A stretch of 64,000 nt of DNA from Bacillota bacterium (GTDB lineage: Bacteria; Bacillota; UBA5301). The notes beneath the pieces were generated by a model. It was not told the DNA's origin and did not search any database. It saw only the letters and a program-made list of their open reading frames with translations. The stretch spans positions 62,282 to 126,281 of the forward strand of contig JAAYHC010000068.1 of assembly GCA_012735535.1 (NCBI GenBank). Direction: 5' to 3'. The position numbers were made by a program, and so were the translations under genes. Below, piece by piece: positions 1 to 9,646 of the stretch (position 1 is the first letter of the stretch; the number at the start of each line of letters is the position of its first letter).

Positions 1-589
1 GAGTAGTTTTTAACGTGTTCACCCTCAGGGAAATGGGTGGAGTTTGGTTATTGGCTTGACAGATCTCGGCAGTCGTTTCCGGACCCCACAACTCAATCCA
101 GCGATCCACCAGCCACTGGGGATGGGACAATTTGGTGCCCAATAGTTCGTGGCTCTCGGTTGGCCAAAAATCATCCGCCGCAACCCGTTCCCTTTGTCGA
201 ACGACGGTGCGTAGCAGCCCATTCAAGAACTTTTGGGCCCCGAGGTGAACTACCCCCTTAGCTGCTTCCACTGTTTCAAATACCGCTACCGCATCGGGGA
301 TCTGATCTAATAAAAAGATTTGGTACAGGCCGAGCCGGAGCAAGTTGCGTAAATCAGGTTCAAGTTTGTCGATAGGGCGGCGCGAAAACTTGCTGATAAT
401 GTAATCCAAATACCGCAAATATTTTACGCAACCATAGACCAGTTCGGTAAGCAAAGCCCTGTCCAAAGCTGAAAAAGAATACTCATTTACAGCCTTAGAC
501 AGGGCGATATCCGCATAAGCTCCATCTTCCGTGATGCGCCGCAGAACCTTGACGGCAATTTTACGCGGGTTAGGTGATATCTTGGCCAT
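1..589 (-). CDS. rsmB: 16S rRNA m5C967 methyltransferase RsmB (Sun), N-terminal part only; the gene continues beyond the window start
   Basis: The minus-strand reading frame from the ATG at 589 gives MAKISPNPRKIAVKVL...QTPPISLRVNTLKTT, a NusB-like N-terminal domain with the classic RsmB PISLRVNTLK motif. Its ATG shares one base with the TGA of the upstream gene (ATGA). It is absent from the ORF track because it runs off the edge. Confidence 0.75.
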   Translation of the reverse strand, partial: MAKISPNPRKIAVKVLRRITEDGAYADIALSKAVNEYSFSALDRALLTELVYGCVKYLRYLDYIISKFSRRPIDKLEPDLRNLLRLGLYQIFLLDQIPDAVAVFETVEAAKGVVHLGAQKFLNGLLRTVVRQRERVAADDFWPTESHELLGTKLSHPQWLVDRWIELWGPETTAEICQANNQTPPISLRVNTLKTT

Positions 590-1281
590 CATTCTTCCCG
601 ATATCCACGGAGCACCAATAGCCTAATCAACTGCAGTGCCGCCATGGCTACAGCAGCAACATAGGTCCAGGCTGCTGCCGATAAGACCTTTCGGGCCCCA
701 CTCTCTTCTTCCATGGAAATAATACCTTGACCGGTCAGCATAGCGATCGCCCGATTACTCGCATTGAGCTCAACGGGTAAGGTAACGAGCTGAAACAGCA
801 GTGCTGCCGAGAACAGGAGGATTCCTAGGTTCATTAAGGTCAAGCCGAACTGGCTTTGGAAGAAAAACCCGATAAAGAATAACGGGAAAGCCAAGTTGGA
901 GCCGAAGTTGGCCACCGGAACCAGAGAATTCCTGATCTGCAAGGGAAAATACTCCTGATGGTGTTGGAGCGCGTGCCCGGTTTCATGCGCGGCAACCCCG
1001 ATGGAAGCCAGCGAGGTGCCATCGTAAACCTGATCGGAGAGGCGAATGACCTTGGTCCGCGGATCATAATGATCAGTTAACATACCCCTGGTCCGCTCAA
1101 CCGTAACATCGGTAACCCCGTTGGCCCTTAACAAGGCCTGAGCCACTTGCGCACCGGTATATCCTTTCCTGCTCCGAACATGCAGATACTGTCGAAAAGT
1201 TGATTGAACTTTGGCTTGCGCCCAGAAAGCCAGTAATAATCCGGGTATCAATATCACAAAAGTTGGATCCCAAAAGAACAT
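589..1281 (-). CDS. membrane zinc metallopeptidase, YugP-like family
   Basis: 230 aa with TM segments and an HExxH motif (HETGH). Family recognition from memory (Zn_peptidase_2-like). Confidence 0.7.
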   Translation of the reverse strand: MFFWDPTFVILIPGLLLAFWAQAKVQSTFRQYLHVRSRKGYTGAQVAQALLRANGVTDVTVERTRGMLTDHYDPRTKVIRLSDQVYDGTSLASIGVAAHETGHALQHHQEYFPLQIRNSLVPVANFGSNLAFPLFFIGFFFQSQFGLTLMNLGILLFSAALLFQLVTLPVELNASNRAIAMLTGQGIISMEEESGARKVLSAAAWTYVAAVAMAALQLIRLLVLRGYREE

Positions 1282-1305
1282 ATTTCTACCTCCTTAGAAT
1301 TTACA

Positions 1306-2124
1306 CTATAAGCTTGTAGAAGCAACTTCTTCATAGTGGCGGCAGCGGTAAGCATCGTTCGCCGGTTCGCCACGCACGAAGAATTCAAGCGCCGACTTGA
1401 GTTTATCAACATCAACCGCAGTGTTCACGCAATAACCCTGCGGCCGCAAGTTCACTACGCCGAATACAGGTAGCGGAAAAGTTTCCTGTAAGCCGCTGGT
1501 CAAATCCCGCTCGCACGCAACGGCAACAACAGCTTTAGGCTTACGCTGTTGAATAATCCGGCGAGCCATCCCTCCTCCGGTAGCAACCGCCAAATCCACA
1601 CCATAATCGTTGGCTAGTTCTCTGATTTGACTGACCTGACACCTGCCACAACCCCTACAATTATTTATGTCTACGGTGATCTTGTGAGTACAGTCGGAAA
1701 GCTGGATACAGTGTGGTATCAAGATCAAGACTTCTTCTGGTGCGGCTTGTACCTTCGTTGTTTTAACCAACGCATTGCTTACTTCGACAAAAGAGTTTTG
1801 GATTTTCTCGCGCGACAACCCCAGAAAGGTTCCGGCCCGCAAAGCCATCGGGTAAAAAACATCAATGATCAGTCTTAACGGCAGTTTAACCTTAATGCCT
1901 TTGCCGGTTTCGATCATATAAATCATTGACAAGAGGCCAAAAACGGCGAGAACCAGCAATACGGTCAGAAAAATGAAGGCGATAATCGCCAGCGCATGTC
2001 CAAACTGCTCCCATAATGAGAAGGCCAGGATAAACCACAACCCGGCTAAAACGGGAAGCAGGCTAAGTATCACTAAACCGAAGAATAGGCGTTTCTTAAT
2101 GCGCACCGGCTTTTCTCCCATCAA
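1306..2124 (-). CDS. DUF116-type membrane protein with a CxxC...CxxC metal-binding motif
   Basis: 272 aa with an N-terminal TM region and a C-terminal NNCRGCGRC motif. Overlaps fmt by 4 nt. Confidence 0.5.
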   Translation of the reverse strand: MMGEKPVRIKKRLFFGLVILSLLPVLAGLWFILAFSLWEQFGHALAIIAFIFLTVLLVLAVFGLLSMIYMIETGKGIKVKLPLRLIIDVFYPMALRAGTFLGLSREKIQNSFVEVSNALVKTTKVQAAPEEVLILIPHCIQLSDCTHKITVDINNCRGCGRCQVSQIRELANDYGVDLAVATGGGMARRIIQQRKPKAVVAVACERDLTSGLQETFPLPVFGVVNLRPQGYCVNTAVDVDKLKSALEFFVRGEPANDAYRCRHYEEVASTSL

Positions 2125-3065
2125 TCAATTAACGCAGCAGAACCTAAGATTGTTCCCACCTGAATGGGATTACCGCGCACAAAAGAAGCAGCATCCATGC
2201 GCTTCCCACCGCTTTTTTGCAGCTCACGCAGTTTGACCTGTCCAGAACCGGTCTGGACGATGATGCCGTCCGCGGCAACGGCGATGACCGTCCCCGCGGT
2301 AGTGCCGGCATGATCCTCACCCATTTGCTCGGCCCGCCAGACTTTAAGAACTTCGCCATCCACCGTCGTCCAGGCCACCGGCCACGGATTATTGGCCCGA
2401 ACCAGATTGACAATGGTTTCGGCCGAAGCCGACCAGTCAATTTGCGCCGCTTCTTTAGACAACTTCGGCGCGTAGGTGGCAAGAGCATCATCTTGCGGGC
2501 GCGGCGAGATATCCCCCTTTTCCAGAGCCGTCAGAGTCTGTAAAACGAGTCGGGCTCCCAGCTCCCTGAGCCGGTCATGCAGCTCACCGGCGGTTTCACC
2601 AGGCAAGATGGGGACATCTTCTTGCAGCAAGATATCTCCTGTATCCCAACCTTCATCCATGAGCATGGTGGTAACCCCGGTGACCTGGTCGCCATTTAGC
2701 AACGCTGCTTGAATGGGAGCGGCTCCCCGATACTTAGGTAATAATGACGGATGAAGGTTAATGCATCCCCAGCGCGGCAATTCAAGCAGCCAGCCCGGAA
2801 TCTTCTGGCCAAAAGCAACCACCACAATCGCCTCCGGCTGAGCTTGAACCAACTCTGCTTTGATCTCGGCAAGTTTATCCGGTTGCAACACCGGCAGGCC
2901 TAACTGCAGTGCCGCCTCTTTAACCGGCGGTGCTATTACCCGGTAACCTCTGCCCTTGGGGCGGTCCGGTTGAGTGACCACATATGAAATCTCATGCTCC
3001 GAGGCGGCCAGTGCTAACAGAGTGGGCACAGCAAACTCGGGCGTCCCCAAAAATACCAATCTCAC
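2121..3065 (-). CDS. fmt: methionyl-tRNA formyltransferase
   Basis: 314 aa starting MRLVFLGTPEFAVPTL. 4-nt overlap with def, the typical def-fmt operon. Confidence 0.95.
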   Translation of the reverse strand: MRLVFLGTPEFAVPTLLALAASEHEISYVVTQPDRPKGRGYRVIAPPVKEAALQLGLPVLQPDKLAEIKAELVQAQPEAIVVVAFGQKIPGWLLELPRWGCINLHPSLLPKYRGAAPIQAALLNGDQVTGVTTMLMDEGWDTGDILLQEDVPILPGETAGELHDRLRELGARLVLQTLTALEKGDISPRPQDDALATYAPKLSKEAAQIDWSASAETIVNLVRANNPWPVAWTTVDGEVLKVWRAEQMGEDHAGTTAGTVIAVAADGIIVQTGSGQVKLRELQKSGGKRMDAASFVRGNPIQVGTILGSAALID

Positions 3066-3556
3066 TGTTGGTCCTCCGCCAACCCTAATTTAGCCTGCAA
3101 TTCGGCCAGCCCACTGATACCGGAAGCTTTGTCAATAAAGAGGATGCCATCCAAGTGGTCAATTTCATGTTGCAAAATCCGCGCCAGTAAACCTGAGGCC
3201 TCGATCCGCTGGGGCTTGCCTCTTTCGTCAAGGTATTCGACTATCAGATCACTAAAGCGCTCAACATAGCCGAGAACCCCGGGCAGACTCAGACAGCCCT
3301 CAACATCAACTTCGGAACCTTGGGCTTGGATAATTTCCGGGTTAATTAATGCCAGCGGACCGTCGCCGGGGTCAACGACGATCACCCGCAAATTTTCACC
3401 AATTTGCGGAGCGGCAAGACCGACGCCGTCCGTCGCATACATAGTTTCCAGCATATCCTTGGTCAGTTTAACGATCCGTTTGGTCACTTTAGGCACTTTT
3501 TGCGCCTTGGATCTCAGGACCTCAGAGCCAAGCTTCTTTACCTCCAGTATTGCCAT
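3062..3556 (-). CDS. def: peptide deformylase
   Basis: Motifs GLAAPQIG, EGCLSLPG and HEIDHL. Confidence 0.95.
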   Translation of the reverse strand: MAILEVKKLGSEVLRSKAQKVPKVTKRIVKLTKDMLETMYATDGVGLAAPQIGENLRVIVVDPGDGPLALINPEIIQAQGSEVDVEGCLSLPGVLGYVERFSDLIVEYLDERGKPQRIEASGLLARILQHEIDHLDGILFIDKASGISGLAELQAKLGLAEDQQ

Positions 3557-3587
3557 ATATCCAATCCTTTCTGAAAGCTCAAATAAA

Positions 3588-6029
3588 TTATAAGAAAGAA
3601 GCCGGGTCTACATCAATGCTGATCCGTAAATCAGCCTCATGTGTACCGGTTATTTTCTGGGAACAATGATAAACTCGCAGACGATCCTGATCACTGACTG
3701 CCGGAGCCGGCCACTTGATCACAATTTGATACCGGTAACGATTTCGTAATTTGGGCAGTGGAGCAGGACGGACAGACAGCACTTTAGCTGCGGGCGAAAG
3801 TTCGCCGCGGAGCTGTTGTTCCAACAAGGTAGCAGCTTCTAGCCCCGTATCTTCTTGTGGAGAGCTAATCGATATCAGTACCATAGCACAAAAAGGCGGG
3901 TAATTCAAGCGACGACGAAAGAGCAGCTCCTGCTGATAAAACTCGGCGTAGTCATGTCCAGCTGCAGCTACGATGCTGTAATGCTCGGGATTATAGGTCT
4001 GCACAACCACGTGCCCCGGTACGTCTCCTCTCCCAGCGCGACCGGCCACTTGACTTATCAATTGAAAGGTACGCTCGCTGCTGGCGAAATCAGGCATATT
4101 CAGGGTTAGGTCGGCGGCAATTACCCCGACGACGGTAACCCGTGGGAAATCGAGACCTTTGGCAACCATTTGGGTGCCGACCAAGATGTCCGTTTGACCG
4201 GCTGCAAATGCGCCCAAGATTTTTTGGATACTGCCCTTACGTAGGGAAGTTTCGCCATCAAGGCGGGCAACGCGGGCGCTAGGGAAATACTTGTATATTT
4301 CTCTTTCCACCCGCTCGGTACCAACGCCAAAATCACGAATATATGGGCTCTTGCAAATCGGACAGGATTTTGCCAAGGGAGCTTCATGTAAACAATAATG
4401 ACAAGCCAAACGTGGCAGAGCTCGGTGCACCGTTAAGGAGACTTCACAATTGGGGCAGCGGATCACATGGCCGCAGGAGCGGCACAAGACAAATGAAGCA
4501 TAGCCCCGCCGGTTAAGAAATAAGATCACCTGTTGCCGGGCTTGTAGCGCTTCCTCCACCCGGTTCAACAAGGATCTGCTAAAGATGGAGCGATTGCCCG
4601 CTTTAAGCTCCTCGCGCATATCACAGATTTCAACGGTGGGCAAAAGGCTGCGGCCAATCCGCTTGGGCAAAGTATGCAAGTGATATGTGCCGGTGGTAGC
4701 TCGATAATAACTGGTTATTGAAGGGGTGGCGCTGCCGAGAACGAGGACTGCCCCGGACTGGCGAGCCAATTCTTCGGCAACCGTCGGAGCGTGGTAAAAC
4801 GGCGCTTCCCCTTGTTTATAGCTGTTTTCATGCTCCTCATCTACAATAATCAAGCCTGGATTAACGAGAGGCGCAAAAACGGCCGAGCGAGCGCCGAGTA
4901 TCACCCGGGCTTGCCCAAGCCGGATTCTGTTCCATTCATCAAAACGCTCTCCGGTGCTGAGGCGACTGTGGAGAACCGCAACGAGGTTCGGAAAAGCAGC
5001 ATTGAACTCCGCTGCGATCTGCGGAGTCAACGCGATCTCCGGAACCAAGATCAGCACAGACTTATTCGTGGCAAGCACCGCTTTGGTCAAGCGCTTGTAA
5101 ATCTCCGTCTTACCACTGCCGGTGACGCCATGGATCAAGTGGACGCTAAATCCTTGCCCTAACTGAGCGGAGATCCGGTTAAAAATCTTGGCCTGATCCG
5201 GGGTGAGTTGTAATTCTTTGGCCTGCGGCTGGTGGGATAACTCAAGCGGCCGTCGGTTTTGCGTCAACGTTGTTTCGGTGACCAAGCCCTTTTTGACTAA
5301 ACCTTTAACTACTTCACGGCTGACCCCGGTCGCTTGCAAAATGTCATTGTAGGTAGCCGGGCTATGCTCACCTAAATAGGTAACAACTTTTTGCTGCAGT
5401 TCGGTAAGCTTTTCGCAGTCGTCCGAGGTTAGCAGGTATCCTTTGAGCGTCTTAGCCCGCACGGTTTCAGCGGAAAGCTGATGCCGTTTCAAGACTACAC
5501 CGGCCGCAACTAATTCCCTAAGCGCATAATCCGCCGCACTGCCAAAAGCTGTACAAATCTCACGCCGGGAGACCGGTTTGCTCTTATTCACCAAATAACT
5601 ATAAATCGATCTGGCCTGAGGTGATAATTCGCCTGCCTCAAATTCTAGCCCGCCCTCAAGCGAAGCTGCTTGATAATAGAGCTGGTATTTCCCCTGAAAG
5701 CCCCCGGGAACCATTGTTTCCAGCACGGTTGCCAGCGGACTGAGGTAATAATCTGAGATCCACCGGGCCAAATTAATTTGTCCCGGCGTTAACCATAATT
5801 CCTCCGGTTCAAGATCGCTAATCGGTTTTAAAGGGCTGGTAGTTTCCGGCTCCGCTGAAAGCTCAAACACATACCCGTGAACAGGACGGTTGCCAAAAGG
5901 AACCGTAACCTTAGCACCCTCATGGATGACCTTAACATACTCCGGTGGAATAACGTAGTCATACAGCTGACTACGTTGACCGGTATTAACTAACACGGCA
6001 ATCCTGGCAATCAAGTAATTTCCTCTCAT
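3588..6029 (-). CDS. priA: primosomal protein N' (replication restart helicase PriA)
   Basis: 813 aa with Walker A GVTGSGKTE and a Cys4 zinc-binding insert CRSCGHVIRCPNCEVSL. Confidence 0.95.
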   Translation of the reverse strand: MRGNYLIARIAVLVNTGQRSQLYDYVIPPEYVKVIHEGAKVTVPFGNRPVHGYVFELSAEPETTSPLKPISDLEPEELWLTPGQINLARWISDYYLSPLATVLETMVPGGFQGKYQLYYQAASLEGGLEFEAGELSPQARSIYSYLVNKSKPVSRREICTAFGSAADYALRELVAAGVVLKRHQLSAETVRAKTLKGYLLTSDDCEKLTELQQKVVTYLGEHSPATYNDILQATGVSREVVKGLVKKGLVTETTLTQNRRPLELSHQPQAKELQLTPDQAKIFNRISAQLGQGFSVHLIHGVTGSGKTEIYKRLTKAVLATNKSVLILVPEIALTPQIAAEFNAAFPNLVAVLHSRLSTGERFDEWNRIRLGQARVILGARSAVFAPLVNPGLIIVDEEHENSYKQGEAPFYHAPTVAEELARQSGAVLVLGSATPSITSYYRATTGTYHLHTLPKRIGRSLLPTVEICDMREELKAGNRSIFSRSLLNRVEEALQARQQVILFLNRRGYASFVLCRSCGHVIRCPNCEVSLTVHRALPRLACHYCLHEAPLAKSCPICKSPYIRDFGVGTERVEREIYKYFPSARVARLDGETSLRKGSIQKILGAFAAGQTDILVGTQMVAKGLDFPRVTVVGVIAADLTLNMPDFASSERTFQLISQVAGRAGRGDVPGHVVVQTYNPEHYSIVAAAGHDYAEFYQQELLFRRRLNYPPFCAMVLISISSPQEDTGLEAATLLEQQLRGELSPAAKVLSVRPAPLPKLRNRYRYQIVIKWPAPAVSDQDRLRVYHCSQKITGTHEADLRISIDVDPASFL

Positions 6030-7225
6030 AGCTGGTTTGCTGTTGCTATTAAATCACACAGAGAGTGCGCAAGTTCTTCCTTGTTAATCTCTTGATAATG
6101 ACGGTACGAGCCATCCTTGCCTAAAATGACCACCTCGGACTGGACCGAGGAGCTAAAACCTTTATCAGTTTTATGAACACGATTAGCCACGATATAATCC
6201 AAACCTTTGGCTGTCAGCTTCTTTTTCGCCAGTTCGACAAGGTCTGCAGCGGTTTCGGCGGCAAACCCGACGATGATCTGCTCCGGCCGGCGAACAGCTT
6301 TCACCTGCAACAAAATGTCCGGATTGCGCGTCAATTCAAGTGTAGATAAGTCTGACTGAGTCTTCTTAATTTTCTCTGCTGCTTCACATTTCGGCCGGTA
6401 ATCAGCAACTGCTGCAGTCATAAACAAAAGATCAGTGTTCGCCAAGTGAGATAGGACCGCTTCCAGCATCTCTTCGGCCGAAACAACCGGGACATGGTTA
6501 ATATAATCAGGGACCTTGGTCTCACATGGCCCCAGAATCAGGGTAACTTCGGCCCCTCTTTGCCAGGCAGCTTTGGCAATAGCCAGCCCCATTTTTCCGG
6601 TCGAGGGATTGGATAGAAATCTAACCGGGTCCAGGTACTCCCGGGTCGGGCCGGCGGTGACCAGAACTCTTTTGCCTTGGTAGGATTGAACGGTCACGGC
6701 TTTGGCCATTTCGGCCATTATGCGGTCAAGTTCCGGGAATCTGCCCCTGCCACTGGTGCCGCAGGCCAGGTTGCCCACGTCAGGGTTAACCACGCGAACA
6801 CCTCTGTCGGCGAGGATTTTCAGATTGGCTTGTACCGCCGGATGCTCCCACATCACCGCATTCATGGACGGAACAACCACGACCGGGGCGGTAGCCGCCA
6901 GCAACATAGTTGAAACCAAATCATCGGCAATCCCGTGCGCCATTTTGGCCAAAATGTTAGCCGTCGCCGGAGCGACAACCACCAAATCACATTCTTGCCC
7001 TAAGCTAATATGTGGAATCTCCTCCGCAGACCCCCAAAGGTCAACATATACTTTGGTTCGGGCCAAGGCCTCAAAGCACTCAGGAGAAATAAAAGAGGTA
7101 GCATTCTTGGTCATCGCTACCTTTACCTCAGCACCTTCTTGCCGCAATTTGCTTACGAGAGAGCAGGTTTTATAAGCCGCAATACCTCCCGTAACGGCCA
7201 CAACCACTCTTTTCTGAGTCCACAT
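6026..7225 (-). CDS. coaBC: bifunctional phosphopantothenoylcysteine decarboxylase / phosphopantothenate-cysteine ligase
   Basis: 399 aa with an N-terminal flavoprotein domain and a C-terminal DFP domain. 4-nt overlap with priA. Confidence 0.9.
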   Translation of the reverse strand: MWTQKRVVVAVTGGIAAYKTCSLVSKLRQEGAEVKVAMTKNATSFISPECFEALARTKVYVDLWGSAEEIPHISLGQECDLVVVAPATANILAKMAHGIADDLVSTMLLAATAPVVVVPSMNAVMWEHPAVQANLKILADRGVRVVNPDVGNLACGTSGRGRFPELDRIMAEMAKAVTVQSYQGKRVLVTAGPTREYLDPVRFLSNPSTGKMGLAIAKAAWQRGAEVTLILGPCETKVPDYINHVPVVSAEEMLEAVLSHLANTDLLFMTAAVADYRPKCEAAEKIKKTQSDLSTLELTRNPDILLQVKAVRRPEQIIVGFAAETAADLVELAKKKLTAKGLDYIVANRVHKTDKGFSSSVQSEVVILGKDGSYRHYQEINKEELAHSLCDLIATANQL

Positions 7226-7239
7226 CTCAACCTCTCCCG

Positions 7240-7437
7240 TTATTTAATGCCTTCACGAGTTGGCTGATAGGTGATCTTACCCTCGGCGATCTCCCGTAAA
7301 GCAATTGTGACCGGTTTTTCGCCTTGATCACCCCGTTCTTCAAGTATTTGTCGGGCGCGTTTAGCGGCTGTGACGACTAAAGCGTACTTGTTATCAATCT
7401 GCTTGGTCAGCTCATCGATTGTTACCGGTTTAGACAT
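7240..7437 (-). CDS. rpoZ: DNA-directed RNA polymerase subunit omega
   Basis: 65 aa. Conserved position between gmk and coaBC. Confidence 0.85.
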   Translation of the reverse strand: MSKPVTIDELTKQIDNKYALVVTAAKRARQILEERGDQGEKPVTIALREIAEGKITYQPTREGIK

Positions 7438-7440
7438 GGA

Positions 7441-8082
7441 CTATCCCTCCGATCCTTCAAAGAAATTAGCAGGATCATTGCTGCTTAGCCAGCGAAAAAC
7501 TCGTGATTTTTCGGCAGTGATGATGGCAGCTATCTGGCGTACAGCCTCATCTACATTATCATTACATACTACATAATCATAGTCAACAATCCGCTGTATT
7601 TCTTGACGCGCTGCGCAGAGCCGCCGTTCGATCTCCTGTTCGGTTTCGGCGCCCCTCGCAATAATCCGCTCGCGTAAAGCTTCTAACGATGGGGGTAACA
7701 AGAAAATCTTCACCGCTTGAGGCATGCTCTTGGCGATCTGCGCAGCACCTTGAATATCAACGTCAAGAATGACATCATTTCCGGAACTTAGTTTCTCTTC
7801 GACAAAATCACGAGGCGTTCCGTACTTGTTCCCACAAAATTCCGCCCATTCAAGAAGTCGCCCTTGCTTGATCAGATCGGCAAAATGCTCTTGATCGCAA
7901 AAAAAATAGTGAACGCCATCCACTTCTCCCGGTCGTGGCTTGCGCGTGGTGGCGGATATAGAATAGGACAAACCGGGAATCTGGCGCAAAACCTGATTTA
8001 GCACCGTATTCTTTCCTACCCCGGACGGGCCGGAAAGCACGATTAATAGACCTGTTGGAGGTTTGCGTCTCAGATCTCTCAT
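7441..8082 (-). CDS. gmk: guanylate kinase
   Basis: P-loop GPSGVGKNT, 213 aa. Confidence 0.95.
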   Translation of the reverse strand: MRDLRRKPPTGLLIVLSGPSGVGKNTVLNQVLRQIPGLSYSISATTRKPRPGEVDGVHYFFCDQEHFADLIKQGRLLEWAEFCGNKYGTPRDFVEEKLSSGNDVILDVDIQGAAQIAKSMPQAVKIFLLPPSLEALRERIIARGAETEQEIERRLCAARQEIQRIVDYDYVVCNDNVDEAVRQIAAIITAEKSRVFRWLSSNDPANFFEGSEG

Positions 8083-8349
8083 TTACTCTACCGATTCCAC
8101 TCCCGGTTCTTTGGTCACCAGTCGATGGGCGACGGTTTCAGGTTGAACAGCAGATAAAATAACATGATCACTATCTGCGATAATTACCGCCCTGGTCCTC
8201 CGACCATAGGTCGCATCGATCAGCATCCCGCGATCACGTGCTTCTTGAATGATCCGTTTGATGGGAGCGGATTCTGGGCTGACAATGGCTACAATTCGAT
8301 TCGCAGCAACTATATTTCCAAATCCGATATTAATTAATTTGATATCCAT
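8083..8349 (-). CDS. remA: RemA/YlzA family (DUF370) biofilm regulator
   Basis: 88 aa starting [32 protein letters not shown]. Abuts gmk. Confidence 0.85.
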   Translation of the reverse strand: MDIKLINIGFGNIVAANRIVAIVSPESAPIKRIIQEARDRGMLIDATYGRRTRAVIIADSDHVILSAVQPETVAHRLVTKEPGVESVE

Positions 8350-8373
8350 TTCTATAGATCCTCCTCGTCGCCC

Positions 8374-8682
8374 TTAACCCAACTTCTCCATCAACGCAGT
8401 GCGTTGACGCTCTCCGAGCCCTTGGACTCGGCGACTCTCATTAATACCAATATCCTCCATGATCTTTCTAGATGATACCTTCCCGATCTTCGGCAGCGAC
8501 TCTAGTAGATAAGAAACCCGCATGCGTGAAATGGCCTCATCATCGGTATTGGCCAAAACCTCTGCTAAGGTTAGCTGTCCCGACTTGAGCTGCTTACGAA
8601 TCTGCGAGCGTCTCGAACGCATCTCCTGAGCTTTTTTGAGCGCTCGTTGTTTTTCTTCCGGAGTAAGCTTTGGTAATACCAT
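8374..8682 (-). CDS. integration host factor-like DNA-binding protein, actinobacterial mIHF/sIHF type
   Basis: 102 aa. LPKLTPEE...LLESLPKIGKV...INESRRVQGLGERQ resembles the sIHF/mIHF family as I remember it. Confidence 0.6.
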   Translation of the reverse strand: MVLPKLTPEEKQRALKKAQEMRSRRSQIRKQLKSGQLTLAEVLANTDDEAISRMRVSYLLESLPKIGKVSSRKIMEDIGINESRRVQGLGERQRTALMEKLG

Positions 8683-8707
8683 TAGTTTTCACCTCCTTGT
8701 ACCAAGA

Positions 8708-9601
8708 TTACTCCAAGTTCTGAGCTTGTTCTCGAATCTTTTCAAGCTCGGCCTTAACAAGGATAACTTCTGAGGCAATCAATTCATCGTTAGCCTTCGA
8801 ACCAATTGTGTTAATCTCACGATTAAGTTCTTGAACTATAAAATCTAGCTTTCTCCCTATCTGACCGGACTCCTGCAGCAACCTTACGGCTTCTTGCAAA
8901 TGACTTGAGAGGCGAATGATCTCCTCGGTAATGTTGCTTTTATCTGCAAAAATAGCTGCCTCGGCAACAATGCGATCGTGATCAAACAGCCCGTCCTGGA
9001 TATACAAAGCCATCCGCTCCGCTAGTCGACGGCGGTAGTCTTCTACTACCATCGGACTGCGCTCGTCAATGCGTTGAACCATCTGTTCTATGAGACCAAA
9101 ACGATATAAGATGTCCTGGGCTAAGCGGTCCCCCTCATCCTTCCGCATCTGGAGAACCTGATCAAGCGCTTGCTGAAGAGCTTGCTCAACCACGCTCCAC
9201 ACCTCTGCCTGATCCAAGCTCTCCTCTTCGATGGCCAGTATATCCGGCAAACTTAACAAAAACTCGGCAGAAAGGGCCTCGGCTACGCCGAAACGTTCGG
9301 ACAACTGCTGAGCAGCTTTGACATATGACTCGGCTAGTCCCCAGTTAATGCGGTGCTGATACGGTCTCTCGCCGATCGGGGAAAGGGTAATATAAACATC
9401 GATCCGACCCCTGGCTAATCTCCCTGAAACAATCCGACGAATCTCAGCTTCAAAAACGAAAAGACTTTTTGGTGCCTTAATAGAAATGTCACTATAACGG
9501 TGATTAACGGTTTTGACTTCGACCCCTGCCAACCAATTGGCGTCAGCACACTCCGCGCGCCCGAAGCCAGTCATGCTATAAGGCAAGCTATCTCGCTCCA
9601 A
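8708..9601 (-). CDS. yicC: YicC/YloC family stress-induced protein
   Basis: MTGFG motif near the N-terminus. The true start is probably at 9574 (MTGFGRAE). Confidence 0.85.
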   Translation of the reverse strand: MERDSLPYSMTGFGRAECADANWLAGVEVKTVNHRYSDISIKAPKSLFVFEAEIRRIVSGRLARGRIDVYITLSPIGERPYQHRINWGLAESYVKAAQQLSERFGVAEALSAEFLLSLPDILAIEEESLDQAEVWSVVEQALQQALDQVLQMRKDEGDRLAQDILYRFGLIEQMVQRIDERSPMVVEDYRRRLAERMALYIQDGLFDHDRIVAEAAIFADKSNITEEIIRLSSHLQEAVRLLQESGQIGRKLDFIVQELNREINTIGSKANDELIASEVILVKAELEKIREQAQNLE

Positions 9602-9646
9602 ATTACAAAATCTAGTTCTTTATTCAACTTGTGGTATTAAAATCCT

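Noticed and set aside
840-1067. Numerous 60-190-aa ORFs embedded antisense or out of frame in strong CDSs, for example 840..1067, 1627..1878, 2144..2491, 4791..5162, 6702..7175, 9939..10346, 11202..11669, 20707..21114, 30591..31082, 31542..32099, 36942..37583, 45405..45971, 56729..57205
   Set aside because: Each lies wholly within a conserved gene on the opposite strand or in another frame. They are rich in Arg/Ser/Pro from GC-biased antisense codons and have no RBS or homology signal.
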